The notes: a model not told the origin generated them from the sequence alone. Shown: positions 1 through 9,786, numbered from the stretch's first letter. The stretch: 64,000 nucleotides of DNA from Deltaproteobacteria bacterium (GCA_031396695.1 JANNLG010000171.1:6053-70052), one strand, 5' to 3'. Numbers and translations: made by a program.

Positions 1-469
1 ACGCGAACAGGAGCCCGAGCGCCGCGCGAGAGTCGCGGCCGACCAGCACGCTCACGCGCCGCGAGCGCTCGATCCCGCGCAAGCCCTCGAGCTGCAGCAC
101 CGGCATGGTGAACGCGCGCAGCGGCGAGAAGCGCAGCCACGTGAGTGAGTGCAGGAGCCCCGTGCGCACGATCAACCTGGGCAGGCTCGCGAGCGTCTCG
201 ACGAGCGTTGGCGTGCGACCGAAGAGCGCCTCTGCGAGCACCGCGAGCGCGACGCGATCGTAGAGCGGCTTCAGCCACCAGAGGAAGAAGCTCGCCAGCC
301 AGAGCCGCTCGGAGAGTCCGGCGTAGAGCGCGAGCGCAACCGACGCGACCACCAGTGCGTGCGCGGGAAACAGCGGCCAGAACACGGCGCGTGCGAAGCG
401 GAAGCCCAGGTCCACCGCCTCGTAGCCCTCACGGGGCCGGACCTCGACGGCGATTCGCTCAGTCTGCAC
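1..469 (-). CDS. hypothetical integral membrane protein (3' part runs off window edge)
   Basis: Not in the ORF track because it is truncated by the window edge. My own reverse-strand translation from GTG 469 gives VQTERIAVEVRPREGYEAVDLGFRFARAVFWPLFPAHALVVASVALALYAGLSERLWLASFFLWWLKPLYDRVALAVLAEALFGR... It is open to position 1 and has hydrophobic helices. The start overlaps the stop of the upstream gene by 11 nt. Confidence 0.55.
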   Translation of the reverse strand, partial: MQTERIAVEVRPREGYEAVDLGFRFARAVFWPLFPAHALVVASVALALYAGLSERLWLASFFLWWLKPLYDRVALAVLAEALFGRTPTLVETLASLPRLIVRTGLLHSLTWLRFSPLRAFTMPVLQLEGLRGIERSRRVSVLVGRDSRAALGLLFA

Positions 470-1418
470 GCGATCGCCCCGCGCTGCCGAGCCAGAGCGC
501 GACCAGGACCCAGAGCGCCGCGCCGACGGCGAACTTCGCCGCAGCGGGCAGCGCGCGCGGCGACCAGAACGCCTCGATGCCCGCCGCGATCACCAGCATG
601 AGCGCCGCGCCCGCGATGATCGGCAGACTCGAGAGCGCCGCCGCGCGCAGCGCCGCGATGCGGCTCCGCGCACCCGGCGCGAGCACCGCCAGCCCGAGCC
701 GCATGCCCGACGCCGCCGCGAGCAGGATCGCGGTCAGCTCGAACGCGCCGTGGCCGATCACGAACGAGAAGAACGGCTCGGCCGAGCCCGCGCGCACCAG
801 GTGACTCGCGACCAGTCCGAAGTTGAGCGCGTTGAAGGTGACGCTCGCGAGTGTACCGACGCCGAACGCGAGTCCGCTCGCGAAGGTGCGGAAGGCGATC
901 GAGACGTTGTTCCAGATGTAGAAGCCGAACATCGTCGCGTCGTCGCCCGAGTCGCGCTCATGACCGGCGCCCGCCCCAGATGGGTCGTACATCTGCTCGA
1001 TCTCGGTCACGTTCGCCTGCGACATGAAGCTGTAGATCAGGTCCGGGTGCGCCCAGGCCAGCAGCGCGAGCGCGAGCGCGAGTCCGTAGAACAGCACGTG
1101 CAGGCTCGCGACCAACGGCAGCTCGCTGCGCACCGCGCGCGGAAAGTCGCGCGCGAGGAACGCGCCGATTCCGCGAATCTCGCCGGTGCGCGCCTGATAG
1201 AGCAGCCTGTGCCCGGCGAGCGCCAGCTCGTTCAGCTCCGCCACCAACGCGCCCGAGAGCTGGCGTTCGCGCGCAAGCGCGAGGTCGTGACAGAGTTGCC
1301 GATAGAGCGGTGGCAGCTCCGCCGCGTCGTCGGTCTCGCCACGCTCGAGCGCGGCCAGCAGGCGCGCGAAGCGGTCCCAGCGGGGTCGACCCTGCGCGTC
1401 GAATGCCTCGAGCTTCAC
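459..1418 (-). CDS. stage II sporulation protein M-like (DUF95-type) membrane protein
   Basis: C-terminal 319 aa of track ORF 459..2141(-). The GTG at 1418 forms a GTGA overlap with the stop of the upstream RDD gene. Multi-TM protein with the segments FGFYIWNNVSIAFRTFASGLAFGVGT and FVIGHGAFELTAILLAAASG, typical of the SpoIIM/DUF95 family. The N-terminal part of the track ORF is Arg/Ala junk. Confidence 0.8.
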   Translation of the reverse strand: MKLEAFDAQGRPRWDRFARLLAALERGETDDAAELPPLYRQLCHDLALARERQLSGALVAELNELALAGHRLLYQARTGEIRGIGAFLARDFPRAVRSELPLVASLHVLFYGLALALALLAWAHPDLIYSFMSQANVTEIEQMYDPSGAGAGHERDSGDDATMFGFYIWNNVSIAFRTFASGLAFGVGTLASVTFNALNFGLVASHLVRAGSAEPFFSFVIGHGAFELTAILLAAASGMRLGLAVLAPGARSRIAALRAAALSSLPIIAGAALMLVIAAGIEAFWSPRALPAAAKFAVGAALWVLVALWLGSAGRSRAD

Positions 1419-2095
1419 GCAGTCCGTCCCACCAGGTGGGCTGCCTGCGCGATCAGGCTCGCGCGCGGATCGTCCTGCCCCGTGAGCGAGCGCGGAATCG
1501 CCGACAGCTCGGCGGCACGCTCGGGCGAGAGACTCGCGGCGCGCTCGGCGAACGCGATCACCGCCGCTTGCTCGTCGAGCGTGAGTGGAATCGGTGGCGC
1601 GACCGGAGTCACGTCGGGGATTCGAGTCACGGGTGCGCGCGGCGCGTCGGCGTAGACGACCAGCGTGCCGGCCGCCAGATCGCCGAGACGGCGGAAGCTC
1701 GTGTCCGAGATCATCGACACCAGCCCCGCCAGGTACAGGAGCGGCAGGAAGTCCGCGACCAGCAAGAAGTTCCGCAGCACCGAAGCCGACCAGCCGACCG
1801 GCGTGCCGTTCTCCTGCACCACGCGCAGACCCATCAGGCGCTTGCCGGGAGTCTGCCCGTGCGCGCGCACTTCGAACAGCACCGGGTAGAACCAGAGCAG
1901 CGCGAACAAGCCGATCAAGTAGAGCCCGACGCCAAAACCCGCGAACGCGGAGAGCGCGATCTGCAGGCCGAGCGCGATTCCGCCCTGCAGGAGCGTGTCG
2001 ACGCCCCACGCGAGCGCACGCGGAACCGGCCCCGCCACGCGCAGGGCGAGGTCGACGCCCTCCGGCGTCTGGACGGCGTGGATGGTGTCGATCAT
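1415..2095 (-). CDS. RDD family membrane protein
   Basis: ATG at 2095 (MIDTIHAVQTPEGVDLALRVAGP...). Contains the PGKRLMGLRVV motif and the SVLRNFLLVADFLP / RRLGDLAAGTLVV segments characteristic of RDD domains. The rest of track ORF 1415..3055(-) lies antisense to ndh and is not coding. Confidence 0.8.
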   Translation of the reverse strand: MIDTIHAVQTPEGVDLALRVAGPVPRALAWGVDTLLQGGIALGLQIALSAFAGFGVGLYLIGLFALLWFYPVLFEVRAHGQTPGKRLMGLRVVQENGTPVGWSASVLRNFLLVADFLPLLYLAGLVSMISDTSFRRLGDLAAGTLVVYADAPRAPVTRIPDVTPVAPPIPLTLDEQAAVIAFAERAASLSPERAAELSAIPRSLTGQDDPRASLIAQAAHLVGRTA

Positions 2096-2164
2096 GCGCC
2101 CGGGATCGTAGGTGAACGCGCGCACGCCGCCAAAAGCGCACGCGCGCGCTAGCTTGCCGAGGAC

Positions 2165-3442
2165 GTGCGCGAGAGCGAGCAACGGACGCGGCCGCGGATC
2201 GTGATCGTGGGCGCCGGCTTCGGCGGCCTGCGCGCGGCGCGCGCGTTGGCGAAGGCCGACGTCTCGATCACGCTCGTGGACCAGCGCAACTACCATTTGT
2301 TCCAGCCGCTGCTCTATCAGGTGGCGACCTCGATGTTGCCGCCCGAGAGCATCGCCTACCCGGTGCGCGCGATCCTGCGCCGCCAGAAGAACCTCGAGTT
2401 CCGGCTCGCGCGCGTGGAGTCGGTCGACTTCGAAAAGCGCGAGCTCACGACCAGCGCGGGACCGATCGGCTACGACCGGCTCGTACTCGCGGTCGGCGGC
2501 CGCACGAACTTCTTCGGGCTCACGTCGGTGGAGCGCAACGGCTTCGGCTTGAAGGATCTCGACGAGGCCGTGAACGTGCGCAACCAGATCCTGCGCAGCT
2601 TCGAACGCGCGCTGCACGAGCCGAGCCCGGAGCGGCGCCGCGCCCACCAGACCTTCGTGGTGGTCGGCGGCGGACCGACCGGCGTCGAGAGCGCGGGCGC
2701 ACTCTCGGAGCTCGTGCGGCTCGTGCTCGCCAAGGACTTCGCCGCGCTCGAGATCAAGGACGTGCGCGTGATCTTGCTCGAGGCGACGCACGCGCTGCTG
2801 GCTGCGCTGCCCGAGAAGCTGCGCGAGGAGACCGCGCTGCGTCTCTGGCACAAGCACGTCGAGGTGCGCTTCGGCGCGCAAGTGGTCGAGTTCGACGGCG
2901 AGCGGGTGACACTGAAAGGTGGCGAGGTGATTCCCGCGCGCACGCTGATCTGGGCGGCGGGCGCGCGCGCGGCGGGCCTGATCGATCGACTCGGCCTGGC
3001 GCAGGGCGCGCAAGGCCGCGTGCGGATCGACGAGACGCTGCGCGTGCTCGACCACGACGACGTGTTCGCGATCGGCGACGCGGCCTTTCTAGAGCGCGCG
3101 GGTCAGCCGCTGCCGATGATGGCGCCGGTCGCCATGCAACAGGGCGAGCTGGTCGCGCGCAACGTCACGCGATCGCTCGAAGGCGCGCCGCTCGAGCCGT
3201 TCGCGTACCGCAACCCCGGTTCGCTCGCGACGATCGGCCGCAACGCCGCGGTCGCGCACCTGGGCCGCTTCGCGTTCACGGGCTTTCTCGCGTGGCTGCT
3301 CTGGCTGGCCGTCCACGTCGCGCAGCTGATCGGCTTTCGCAACAAGCTGCTCGTGCTGCTCGAGTGGGGCTGGGAGTACTTCACCTACGAACGAGCGGTG
3401 CGCCTGATCACCGCCGATCAGGTGCGCGAGCGCGGCGACTGA
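2165..3442 (+). CDS. ndh: type II NADH dehydrogenase (NDH-2), FAD-dependent
   Basis: Full-length track ORF. Has the N-terminal Rossmann motif RIVIVGAGFGGLRAARAL, then NYHLFQPLLYQVAT and a second VVVGGGPTGVE dinucleotide motif. The C-terminal hydrophobic tail is typical of NDH-2. Confidence 0.9.
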   Translation: MRESEQRTRPRIVIVGAGFGGLRAARALAKADVSITLVDQRNYHLFQPLLYQVATSMLPPESIAYPVRAILRRQKNLEFRLARVESVDFEKRELTTSAGPIGYDRLVLAVGGRTNFFGLTSVERNGFGLKDLDEAVNVRNQILRSFERALHEPSPERRRAHQTFVVVGGGPTGVESAGALSELVRLVLAKDFAALEIKDVRVILLEATHALLAALPEKLREETALRLWHKHVEVRFGAQVVEFDGERVTLKGGEVIPARTLIWAAGARAAGLIDRLGLAQGAQGRVRIDETLRVLDHDDVFAIGDAAFLERAGQPLPMMAPVAMQQGELVARNVTRSLEGAPLEPFAYRNPGSLATIGRNAAVAHLGRFAFTGFLAWLLWLAVHVAQLIGFRNKLLVLLEWGWEYFTYERAVRLITADQVRERGD

Positions 3443-3474
3443 ACCCGCGCGCGCGCGATCGGGTAGCATCGGGC

Positions 3475-4425
3475 ATGGCCAAACCCTTCCGCTTCGCGGT
3501 GCAGGTCTCGACGCTCCCCGCCGACGGCTGGATCGAGCGCGTGCGCTCGTACGAGCGACTCGGCTTCTCCACGGTCTTCTGCCCCGATCACTTCGGGCCG
3601 CAGTGGGATCCGACTGCGCTGCTCGCGGCGGCCGCCGCGGTCACGACACGACTCAATGTCGGGTCGCTGGTGTACGACGTCGACTACCGCCACCCCGTGA
3701 TCCACGCCAAGGGCGCCGCGACGATCCAGCTGCTCTCCGGCGGGCGGCACGAGTTCGGCATCGGCGCGGGTTGGATGCAGACCGACTACGACGAGGCGGG
3801 CATGCCTTACGACCGCCCAGGCCTGCGCATCGAGCGGCTCGACGAGGCGCTGCAGATCATCAAGAGCATGTGGGAGAACGAACGCACCACGTTCTCGGGC
3901 AAGCACTACAAGATCACCAACATCGCGAAGGCCGCCGAGCTGCCGGCCGGCGCGCGGCCCAAGATCCTGATCGGCGGTGGAGGACCGCGCGTGTTGCGGC
4001 TCGCGGGCCGGCACGCCGACATCGTCGGCATCAATCCGAGCCTGCCCGAGGGCAAGATCACGCGAGACAGTGCCGCCGATCTCGCGCCCGAGCGGCTCGA
4101 CGAGAAGCTGCGCCACGTGCGCGCGGGCGCGGAGGCCGCGGGCCGACGTTTCGACGAGATCGAGCTGAACTCGCTGACCTTCGTGGTGGCGATCACGGAT
4201 GATGCCTCGGGCCTGCGCGCGGGCCTGGCCGCGAACAGCGGAATGTCGGTCGAGCAGGTCGCGAACTGCCCGATCTTCCTGACCGGCTCCGCGGCGGAGA
4301 TCCGCGACGGGCTCGAGAAGCGGCGCGAGCGCTACGGGCTCTCGTACATCGTGATCCAGGGCCGCGATCCGGCCATGGTCGAGAAGTTCGCCGAGCTGAT
4401 CGTGGCGCCGCTGTCCGGCAAGTGA
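3475..4425 (+). CDS. LLM-class (luciferase-like) probable F420-dependent oxidoreductase
   Basis: ATG 3475 (MAKPFRFAVQVS...). Luciferase-like monooxygenase family pattern (FSTVFCPDHF, GGRHEFGIGAGW, PKILIGGGGPRVLRLAGRHADIVG). The upstream part of track ORF 3292.. overlaps ndh. Confidence 0.75.
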   Translation: MAKPFRFAVQVSTLPADGWIERVRSYERLGFSTVFCPDHFGPQWDPTALLAAAAAVTTRLNVGSLVYDVDYRHPVIHAKGAATIQLLSGGRHEFGIGAGWMQTDYDEAGMPYDRPGLRIERLDEALQIIKSMWENERTTFSGKHYKITNIAKAAELPAGARPKILIGGGGPRVLRLAGRHADIVGINPSLPEGKITRDSAADLAPERLDEKLRHVRAGAEAAGRRFDEIELNSLTFVVAITDDASGLRAGLAANSGMSVEQVANCPIFLTGSAAEIRDGLEKRRERYGLSYIVIQGRDPAMVEKFAELIVAPLSGK

Positions 4426-4503
4426 CGCGCGCGAACGAGCGAGCGCATGCGCTAGCAACTTTGCCTCAAGCGGGTGCGCGACACCTCCGATAACTTCGTG
4501 GAC

Positions 4504-7500
4504 ATGAGCGCCACGCTGGGGACGGACCCGCCGCTCTGGGAGCGCTACACCCGAACGCACGGCCGCGTGCACCTGACGGGTCTGCAAGCGCTGCTGCGCA
4601 TGACGCTCGACCAGCTGCGCAGCGACGCGCGCGCAGGGCTGCGCACCGGCGCGTTCTTCTCCGGCTATCCGGGTTCTCCGCTCGCGGGGCTGGACGGAAT
4701 GCTGCGCAGCCTGGCGCCGCTGCTCGCGCGCTCGGACGTGCGGCTCGCGCCGGGTCTGAACGAAGAGCTCGCGGCCAGCGCGGTGGCGGGCACGCAGCTC
4801 GTCGAGACCTTCCCGCACGCCCGCTACAACGGCGTGCTCGGGGTCTGGTTCGGCAAGGCGCCCGGTCTCGATCGCGCGATCGACGCGCTGCGCCACGCCA
4901 ATTTCGTGGGCACCGGACGGCAGGGCGGTGCGCTGGCGGTCGTGGGCGACGATCCGTTCTGCAAGAGCTCGTCGCTGCCGAGCCACAGCGAGCACGCCTT
5001 CGCGCACGCCTACATTCCGTTGTTCGCGCCGGCCGACCCGGGCGACGTGCTGCGCCTCGGACGGCTGGCGTTCGCGCTCTCGCGCTACACCGGATTGTGG
5101 AGCGGACTGCGCATGGTGGCCGACGTGGCCGACTCGGGCCGGATCGTCACGCTCGCCGACGCTGAGCCCGCGCTCGTGCTGCCGGAGTTCGTGAATCCGG
5201 CCGGCCGGCCGGCTCGGCGCATCGACACGAATCTGCTGCCGCCGAACGTGCTGCGCATCGAGCAGGATCTGGTCTTCGGCAGACTCGAAGCCGTGCACCG
5301 CTTCGCGCGCGCGAACGGCTTGAATCCGATCACGTCGAAGCACGCGCGCGATCGCGTGGGCCTCGTCGCTTCGGGCTCGCTCTACCGCGAGCTCGAGAGC
5401 GCGCTCGCGCTGCTCGGCCTCGACGAGCCCGAGCGCGAGCGACTCGGCGTGCGGCTGCTCAAGCTCGACCTGGTCTGGCCGCTCGAGACCGAGCGCATGC
5501 GCGAGTTCGCATCCGGACTCGAGGCGATCGTGGTGGTGGACTCGCGCCGTGCCTGGCTCGAGGAGCAGGTGCGCGCGGCGTTGTACGAGGGCGGGTCGCG
5601 CGCGCGCGTGCTCGGCCAGCACGACGAGCGCGGCGCGGCCTGGCTCGCGCGCCGCCACGAGCTCACCGGCGGTACGCTCGCGCAGGATCTCGCGCCCTGG
5701 CTGGGCGAGAAGCTCGGCGAGCCGAAGCTGGTTTCTCGCCTCGCGCCGCTCGAAGCCGCGCTCGCGCGCGCGTCCCACGCGGCCGAACCGTCGCGCGCGC
5801 CGCACTTCTGCAGCGGCTGTCCGCACTCGTCGTCGACCAAGCTGCCCGAGGGCTCGCTCGCCGGCGGCGGCATCGGCTGTCACACCATGGCGCTGCTCAT
5901 GCCCGAGCGCGCAGTGCGGCTGCTCGGCGCGATGGGTTCGGAGGGTGCGCACTGGATCGGTCTCGCGCCCTACACCGAGACGCGACACCTGTTCCAGAAC
6001 CTGGGCGACGGCACCTACTTCCACTCCGGCCGGCTGGCGGTTCGCGCCTGCGTCGAGGCCGGTGCGACGATCACCTTCAAGCTGCTCTGGAACGGAGTCG
6101 TCGCGATGACCGGCGGCCAGCACGCCGTGGGCGCCAAGCCGCTCGCGGCGCTGGTGCGGGATCTGCTGGCCGACGGGGTGCTCTGCGTGGTGGCGATGAG
6201 CGACGACCGCGAGGTCGCCGCGCTCGAAACCTACGAGCCGCGTCTTCGGGTGGTGGACCGGAACGGCTGGGACGGCGCCATGCGCGAGCTGCGCGAGCAG
6301 AGTGGCGTCAGCGTCATGATCTGGGACGAGCTGTGCGCGAACGAGAAGCAGCGGCTCGAACGCCGCGGCGTGCTCGCTCGGCCGAGCGCGCGCGTGGTGA
6401 TCAACGAAGACGTGTGCGAGGGCTGCGGCGACTGCGGCGTCAAGTCTTCGTGCGTGTCGCTGCGGCCGGTCGAGACCGCGCTCGGCCGCAAGACGCGCGT
6501 GCACGCGGGCTCGTGCAGCGACGATCGCGCCTGCCTCGACGGGGACTGCCCGGCGTTCCTCTCGGTCGAGGGTGCGACGGCCGCAGCGCTGCCCTTCGAG
6601 TCCCTGCTGACGGGGCCGCTGCCCGAGCCGCCCGCGCCGATCTGGGACGGCGATCGCTACGAGCTGCAGCTGGTCGGCATCGGCAGCACGGGCGTGGTCA
6701 CGATCGACGCGCTGCTGGTGCGCGCCGCCGAGCACGACGGCTTGTACGCGATGCACCTCGACCAGACCGGCCTCGCGCAGCGCGGCGGCAAGGTCGTGTC
6801 GCACTGCGTGCTCGCGCGCACCGAACTGACGGGCAGCCCGCGCATCGAGCCGGGCCGCGCGGACGTGCTGCTCGCCTTCGATCCGCTCGGCTCCTCGGAT
6901 CGCGACGCACTGCGCGCGCTCGACCCGGGCCGCACGCGCGCGGTGGTGCACGAGCTGTACGTGCCGACCGGCGCCGACGTGGGCGCGCCCGGCTTCCAGC
7001 CGCCCGACCTCTCCTTGCTGATCGAGCCGCTGCGCGAAGCCACGCGCTCGCTCGAGCGCGTTCCCGCGGAGCTGCTCGCGGAAGTCGCGCTCGGCCAGTC
7101 GCTGTCGGCGAATCTGGTGCTGCTCGGCTTCGCCTGGCAGCGCGGACTCGTGCCGGTCTCGCGACTCGCGCTCGAACGCGCGGTGCGAGAGAACGGTGTC
7201 GCGGTCGAGGCCAACCTGCGCGCGATCGCGCTCGGCCGCGCGGCCGCGGTCGACGCGGAGCTGGTCGCGAAGCTCTTGCACGACGCGACTCCGCCGGCGA
7301 TCGGCGACGAGCCGGCGCTCGATCGCGCCGCGCGCGCGCTCGGTCCGGCCTGGAGCGCGGTGCACGAAGCGCTCGGCCGCTTCCAGCACGCGAAGGACTC
7401 CGATCGCGTCACTTCGCTGATCGCATCGTTCGCGGCCGATCTGGTCGACTACCAGGGCAAGCGGCTGGCGTCGCGCTACTGCGCGCGCGTCGCGCGCGTG

Positions 7501-8031
7501 GCCGAGGCCGCGGCCGCCGTCGATCCGGAATCGCTCGCGCTCACCGAAGCCGCTTCGCGCGAGCTCTACCGCGTGCTCGCGTACAAGGACGAGTACGAGG
7601 TCGCGCGGCTCTTGCTGCGCGGTCCGCACCGGCGCTGGCTGCGGCGCCATTCCGCGCACCAGCCGAGCATCCGCTACCACCTGCACCCGCCGCTGCTGCG
7701 CGCGCTGGGCTTGAAATCGAAGCTCGCGCTCGGAGCGTGGATCGAGCCGGTCTTCGCCGCGCTCGCGGCCGCGCGCCGGTTGCGCGGAACCGCGCTCGAT
7801 CCGTTCGGCTGGACGCGCGCGCGCCGGCTCGAGCGCGAGCTCGCGAGCTGGTACGAGGGCGTGCTCGACGCGGTCGCCGCGCACGTGCGCGCCGAGAATC
7901 GCGCGGAAGCGCTCGAAATCGTGCGGCTGGCCGAGGGCATCCGCGGCTACGAGGGGATCAAGGAAGCGCGCGCCGCCGAGCTGCGGCCGATCATCGAGCG
8001 CAAGCTCGCGGCCCTCGTCGCGCCTCGCTGA
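4504..8031 (+). CDS. indolepyruvate ferredoxin oxidoreductase family protein (fused alpha/beta)
   Basis: Protein of about 1175 aa. The N-terminus LWERYTRTHGRVHLTGLQALLRMTLDQ and GYPGSPL, the ferredoxin-type Cys cluster CEGCGDCGVKSSC and the C-terminal DUF6537-like tail all match the family. The start is either ATG 4504 or GTG 4474. Confidence 0.9.
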   Translation: MSATLGTDPPLWERYTRTHGRVHLTGLQALLRMTLDQLRSDARAGLRTGAFFSGYPGSPLAGLDGMLRSLAPLLARSDVRLAPGLNEELAASAVAGTQLVETFPHARYNGVLGVWFGKAPGLDRAIDALRHANFVGTGRQGGALAVVGDDPFCKSSSLPSHSEHAFAHAYIPLFAPADPGDVLRLGRLAFALSRYTGLWSGLRMVADVADSGRIVTLADAEPALVLPEFVNPAGRPARRIDTNLLPPNVLRIEQDLVFGRLEAVHRFARANGLNPITSKHARDRVGLVASGSLYRELESALALLGLDEPERERLGVRLLKLDLVWPLETERMREFASGLEAIVVVDSRRAWLEEQVRAALYEGGSRARVLGQHDERGAAWLARRHELTGGTLAQDLAPWLGEKLGEPKLVSRLAPLEAALARASHAAEPSRAPHFCSGCPHSSSTKLPEGSLAGGGIGCHTMALLMPERAVRLLGAMGSEGAHWIGLAPYTETRHLFQNLGDGTYFHSGRLAVRACVEAGATITFKLLWNGVVAMTGGQHAVGAKPLAALVRDLLADGVLCVVAMSDDREVAALETYEPRLRVVDRNGWDGAMRELREQSGVSVMIWDELCANEKQRLERRGVLARPSARVVINEDVCEGCGDCGVKSSCVSLRPVETALGRKTRVHAGSCSDDRACLDGDCPAFLSVEGATAAALPFESLLTGPLPEPPAPIWDGDRYELQLVGIGSTGVVTIDALLVRAAEHDGLYAMHLDQTGLAQRGGKVVSHCVLARTELTGSPRIEPGRADVLLAFDPLGSSDRDALRALDPGRTRAVVHELYVPTGADVGAPGFQPPDLSLLIEPLREATRSLERVPAELLAEVALGQSLSANLVLLGFAWQRGLVPVSRLALERAVRENGVAVEANLRAIALGRAAAVDAELVAKLLHDATPPAIGDEPALDRAARALGPAWSAVHEALGRFQHAKDSDRVTSLIASFAADLVDYQGKRLASRYCARVARVAEAAAAVDPESLALTEAASRELYRVLAYKDEYEVARLLLRGPHRRWLRRHSAHQPSIRYHLHPPLLRALGLKSKLALGAWIEPVFAALAAARRLRGTALDPFGWTRARRLERELASWYEGVLDAVAAHVRAENRAEALEIVRLAEGIRGYEGIKEARAAELRPIIERKLAALVAPR

Positions 8032-8045
8032 GCTATCCTGCCGCC

Positions 8046-8264
8046 GTGTCGGAGTGGCTGCGAATCGCCCGCGAGCCGTCGGTCGTGCGACGTGCGTTTC
8101 GAACCATGCTCGTGGTCGGCGCGATCCTGATCGCCATCAATCACGGCGACGCGTTGCTCTCGGGTCAGCTCGACGCCGACCGCGTGTTCAAGATCTGCCT
8201 GACGTTGCTCGTCCCGTACGGCGTCTCGACCACCTCGAGCGTCGCCGCGCTGCGCTCGAGGTAA
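8046..8264 (+). CDS. nitrate/nitrite transporter NrtS-family small membrane protein
   Basis: GTG 8046, in frame with the tail of track ORF 6333..8264. The 72-aa product VSEWLRIAREPSVVRRAFRTMLVVGAILIAINHGDALLSGQ...LLVPYGVSTTSS matches the NrtS family pattern (INxGD, LVPY). Confidence 0.7.
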   Translation: MSEWLRIAREPSVVRRAFRTMLVVGAILIAINHGDALLSGQLDADRVFKICLTLLVPYGVSTTSSVAALRSR

Positions 8265-8272
8265 CGGGGCCC

Positions 8273-8294
8273 GGCGCGCGGACGGCCGCGCGCC
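8273..8294. terminator. GC-rich hairpin between convergent genes (possible bidirectional terminator)
   Basis: GGCGCGCGG-ACGG-CCGCGCGCC forms a perfect 9-bp stem. It lies between the nrtS-like stop (8264) and the stop of the minus-strand gene (8340). No U-tract is present. Confidence 0.4.
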
Positions 8295-8339
8295 ACCCGC
8301 ACTTCGCTCAGCTTCGCTTCGCTGCGCGCTTCGCTTGCG

Positions 8340-8933
8340 CTACCCGCCCGCGAGAAGTTCATCGCAGTCGTCGACGCGCAGACTCGTGGCCAGCAGCAGG
8401 CGCGTTGCGTCGGCGCGCATCGCGAACAGCGACGTGGCGTCGGCGCCGCTGACGGTGGACTCGGCGGATTCGACCCCGAGCGCTTGACCCGCGATCGTGA
8501 TGCAGAGCCACTTCTCGCGCGCTTCGAGGCGCCGATCGTAGCGGTCGATCAGCCCGCGCAGCTCGCCGTACACGATGCGATTCGCAGCGATCAGCGCGAA
8601 CGGCGCAGACAGATTCGCGATCTGGAGCTCGGACACGGAGCCGTACACGCTCTGATCGGGGTGCGCGCGCAGGTACTCCCGCGTCGAAGCGAAGCCGACC
8701 GCCGAGAGCGTCGCATTCACCGGCTCGTCGCCGAAGTCCTGGCTCTCGATCTTCGCGACCAGGTACGTGCCCTCGACCGGACCGTCGAGCGAGTAGCGCA
8801 CCACGTGCTCGTTCGTCTCGACCACGAGCTCGCCGCCTTCGAACACCGGGGCGAGTGGATTCGTGCGCAGATATCGCACCGCGAAGTGCCCCGCCACCAT
8901 CAGCGCGACGACCAGCAACGCCGTTTTCCACAT
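8340..8933 (-). CDS. hypothetical membrane-anchored protein
   Basis: ATG 8933 (MWKTALLVVALMVAGHFAVRYL...) provides an N-terminal TM anchor. The body has balanced, non-shadow composition. No family recognised. Confidence 0.6.
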   Translation of the reverse strand: MWKTALLVVALMVAGHFAVRYLRTNPLAPVFEGGELVVETNEHVVRYSLDGPVEGTYLVAKIESQDFGDEPVNATLSAVGFASTREYLRAHPDQSVYGSVSELQIANLSAPFALIAANRIVYGELRGLIDRYDRRLEAREKWLCITIAGQALGVESAESTVSGADATSLFAMRADATRLLLATSLRVDDCDELLAGG

Positions 8934-9018
8934 TTCTACGTATCGGCGCGCCGGGGCTCGAGCAAGAGGCGAGAAGCCGCAGTTGCACACGCGTGACGGT
9001 CCACTCAATATCGCGCAC

Positions 9019-9786
9019 GTGTTGCTTCTCTCCTGGAACGTGAATGGGCTGCGCGCCGCCGGCCGCGGCGGTTTTCTGGACTGGTTCGCAGGCCAGCGCC
9101 CGTTCGCGGTGTGCGTGCAGGAGATCAAGGCTCGGCCCGAGCAGCTCTCGGACGAGCTGCGCAACCCGCACGGCTACCACGCCTACTACCACTCGGCCGA
9201 GACGCCTGGCTACAGCGGTGTGGCCACCTTCACGCGTGAAGAGCCGCTCGCGGTGGTGCACGGCATCGGCTCGAAAGAGTTCGACCGCGAGGGCCGCGTG
9301 CTGCGCACCGAGTTTCGCGACTTCGTGCTGGTGAACGCGTATTTCCCGAACAGCCAGCGCGACCATGCGCGGCTCGACTACAAGCTGCGCTTCTGCTCGG
9401 CGATGCTGCGGCTGATGAACGGCTATCGGCGCTCCGGCAAGCACGTGCTCTTGTGCGGCGACTACAACATCTCGCACGCCGAGATCGATCTGGCGAACCC
9501 GCGCGAGAACCGCCTGAACGCGGGCTTCCTGCCGGAGGAGCGCGCCTGGATGGATCGCTTCCTGGCACGCCACGGCTGGATCGACACTTTTCGGAGTCGC
9601 TGCCCCGAGCCGGGGCACTACACCTGGTGGAGCAACCGGCCCGGCGTGCGCGAGCGGAACATCGGTTGGCGGCTGGACTACTTCGTCGCGAACCTCGAGC
9701 TGATGGACCGCGTCGCGCGCATCGAGCACCAGACCCAGGTGCGCGGCTCCGACCACTGTCCTGTGGCGCTGAAGGTGCGGGACTAG
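9019..9786 (+). CDS. xthA: exodeoxyribonuclease III
   Basis: GTG 9019 (VLLLSWNVNGLRAA...). The segments CVQEIKA, VNAYFPN, LCGDYNISH and the C-terminal SDHCPV are the hallmark EEP/ExoIII motifs. Product is 255 aa. Confidence 0.9.
   Translation: MLLLSWNVNGLRAAGRGGFLDWFAGQRPFAVCVQEIKARPEQLSDELRNPHGYHAYYHSAETPGYSGVATFTREEPLAVVHGIGSKEFDREGRVLRTEFRDFVLVNAYFPNSQRDHARLDYKLRFCSAMLRLMNGYRRSGKHVLLCGDYNISHAEIDLANPRENRLNAGFLPEERAWMDRFLARHGWIDTFRSRCPEPGHYTWWSNRPGVRERNIGWRLDYFVANLELMDRVARIEHQTQVRGSDHCPVALKVRD

Noticed and set aside
4442-4453. 12-bp palindrome AGCGCATGCGCT upstream of the indolepyruvate oxidoreductase gene.
   Set aside because: It is short and GC-rich, so a chance occurrence is likely at this base composition. 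There is no second half-site and no associated regulator. It is noted only.
3418-7884. 1488-aa ORF on the minus strand, the longest in the track.
   Set aside because: It lies antisense to the LLM oxidoreductase and the indolepyruvate oxidoreductase genes, which have clear family motifs. Its product is extremely Arg/Ala/Glu/Gly-rich with no recognisable motif. This is a typical stop-free shadow frame of high-GC DNA.
8302-8336. Reiterated CTTCGCT motif (three to four copies) just downstream of the convergent-gene hairpin.
   Set aside because: It is short, imperfect and low in complexity. It has no spacer structure, so it is not CRISPR-like, and no other copies were noticed. It is probably slippage-type simple sequence.
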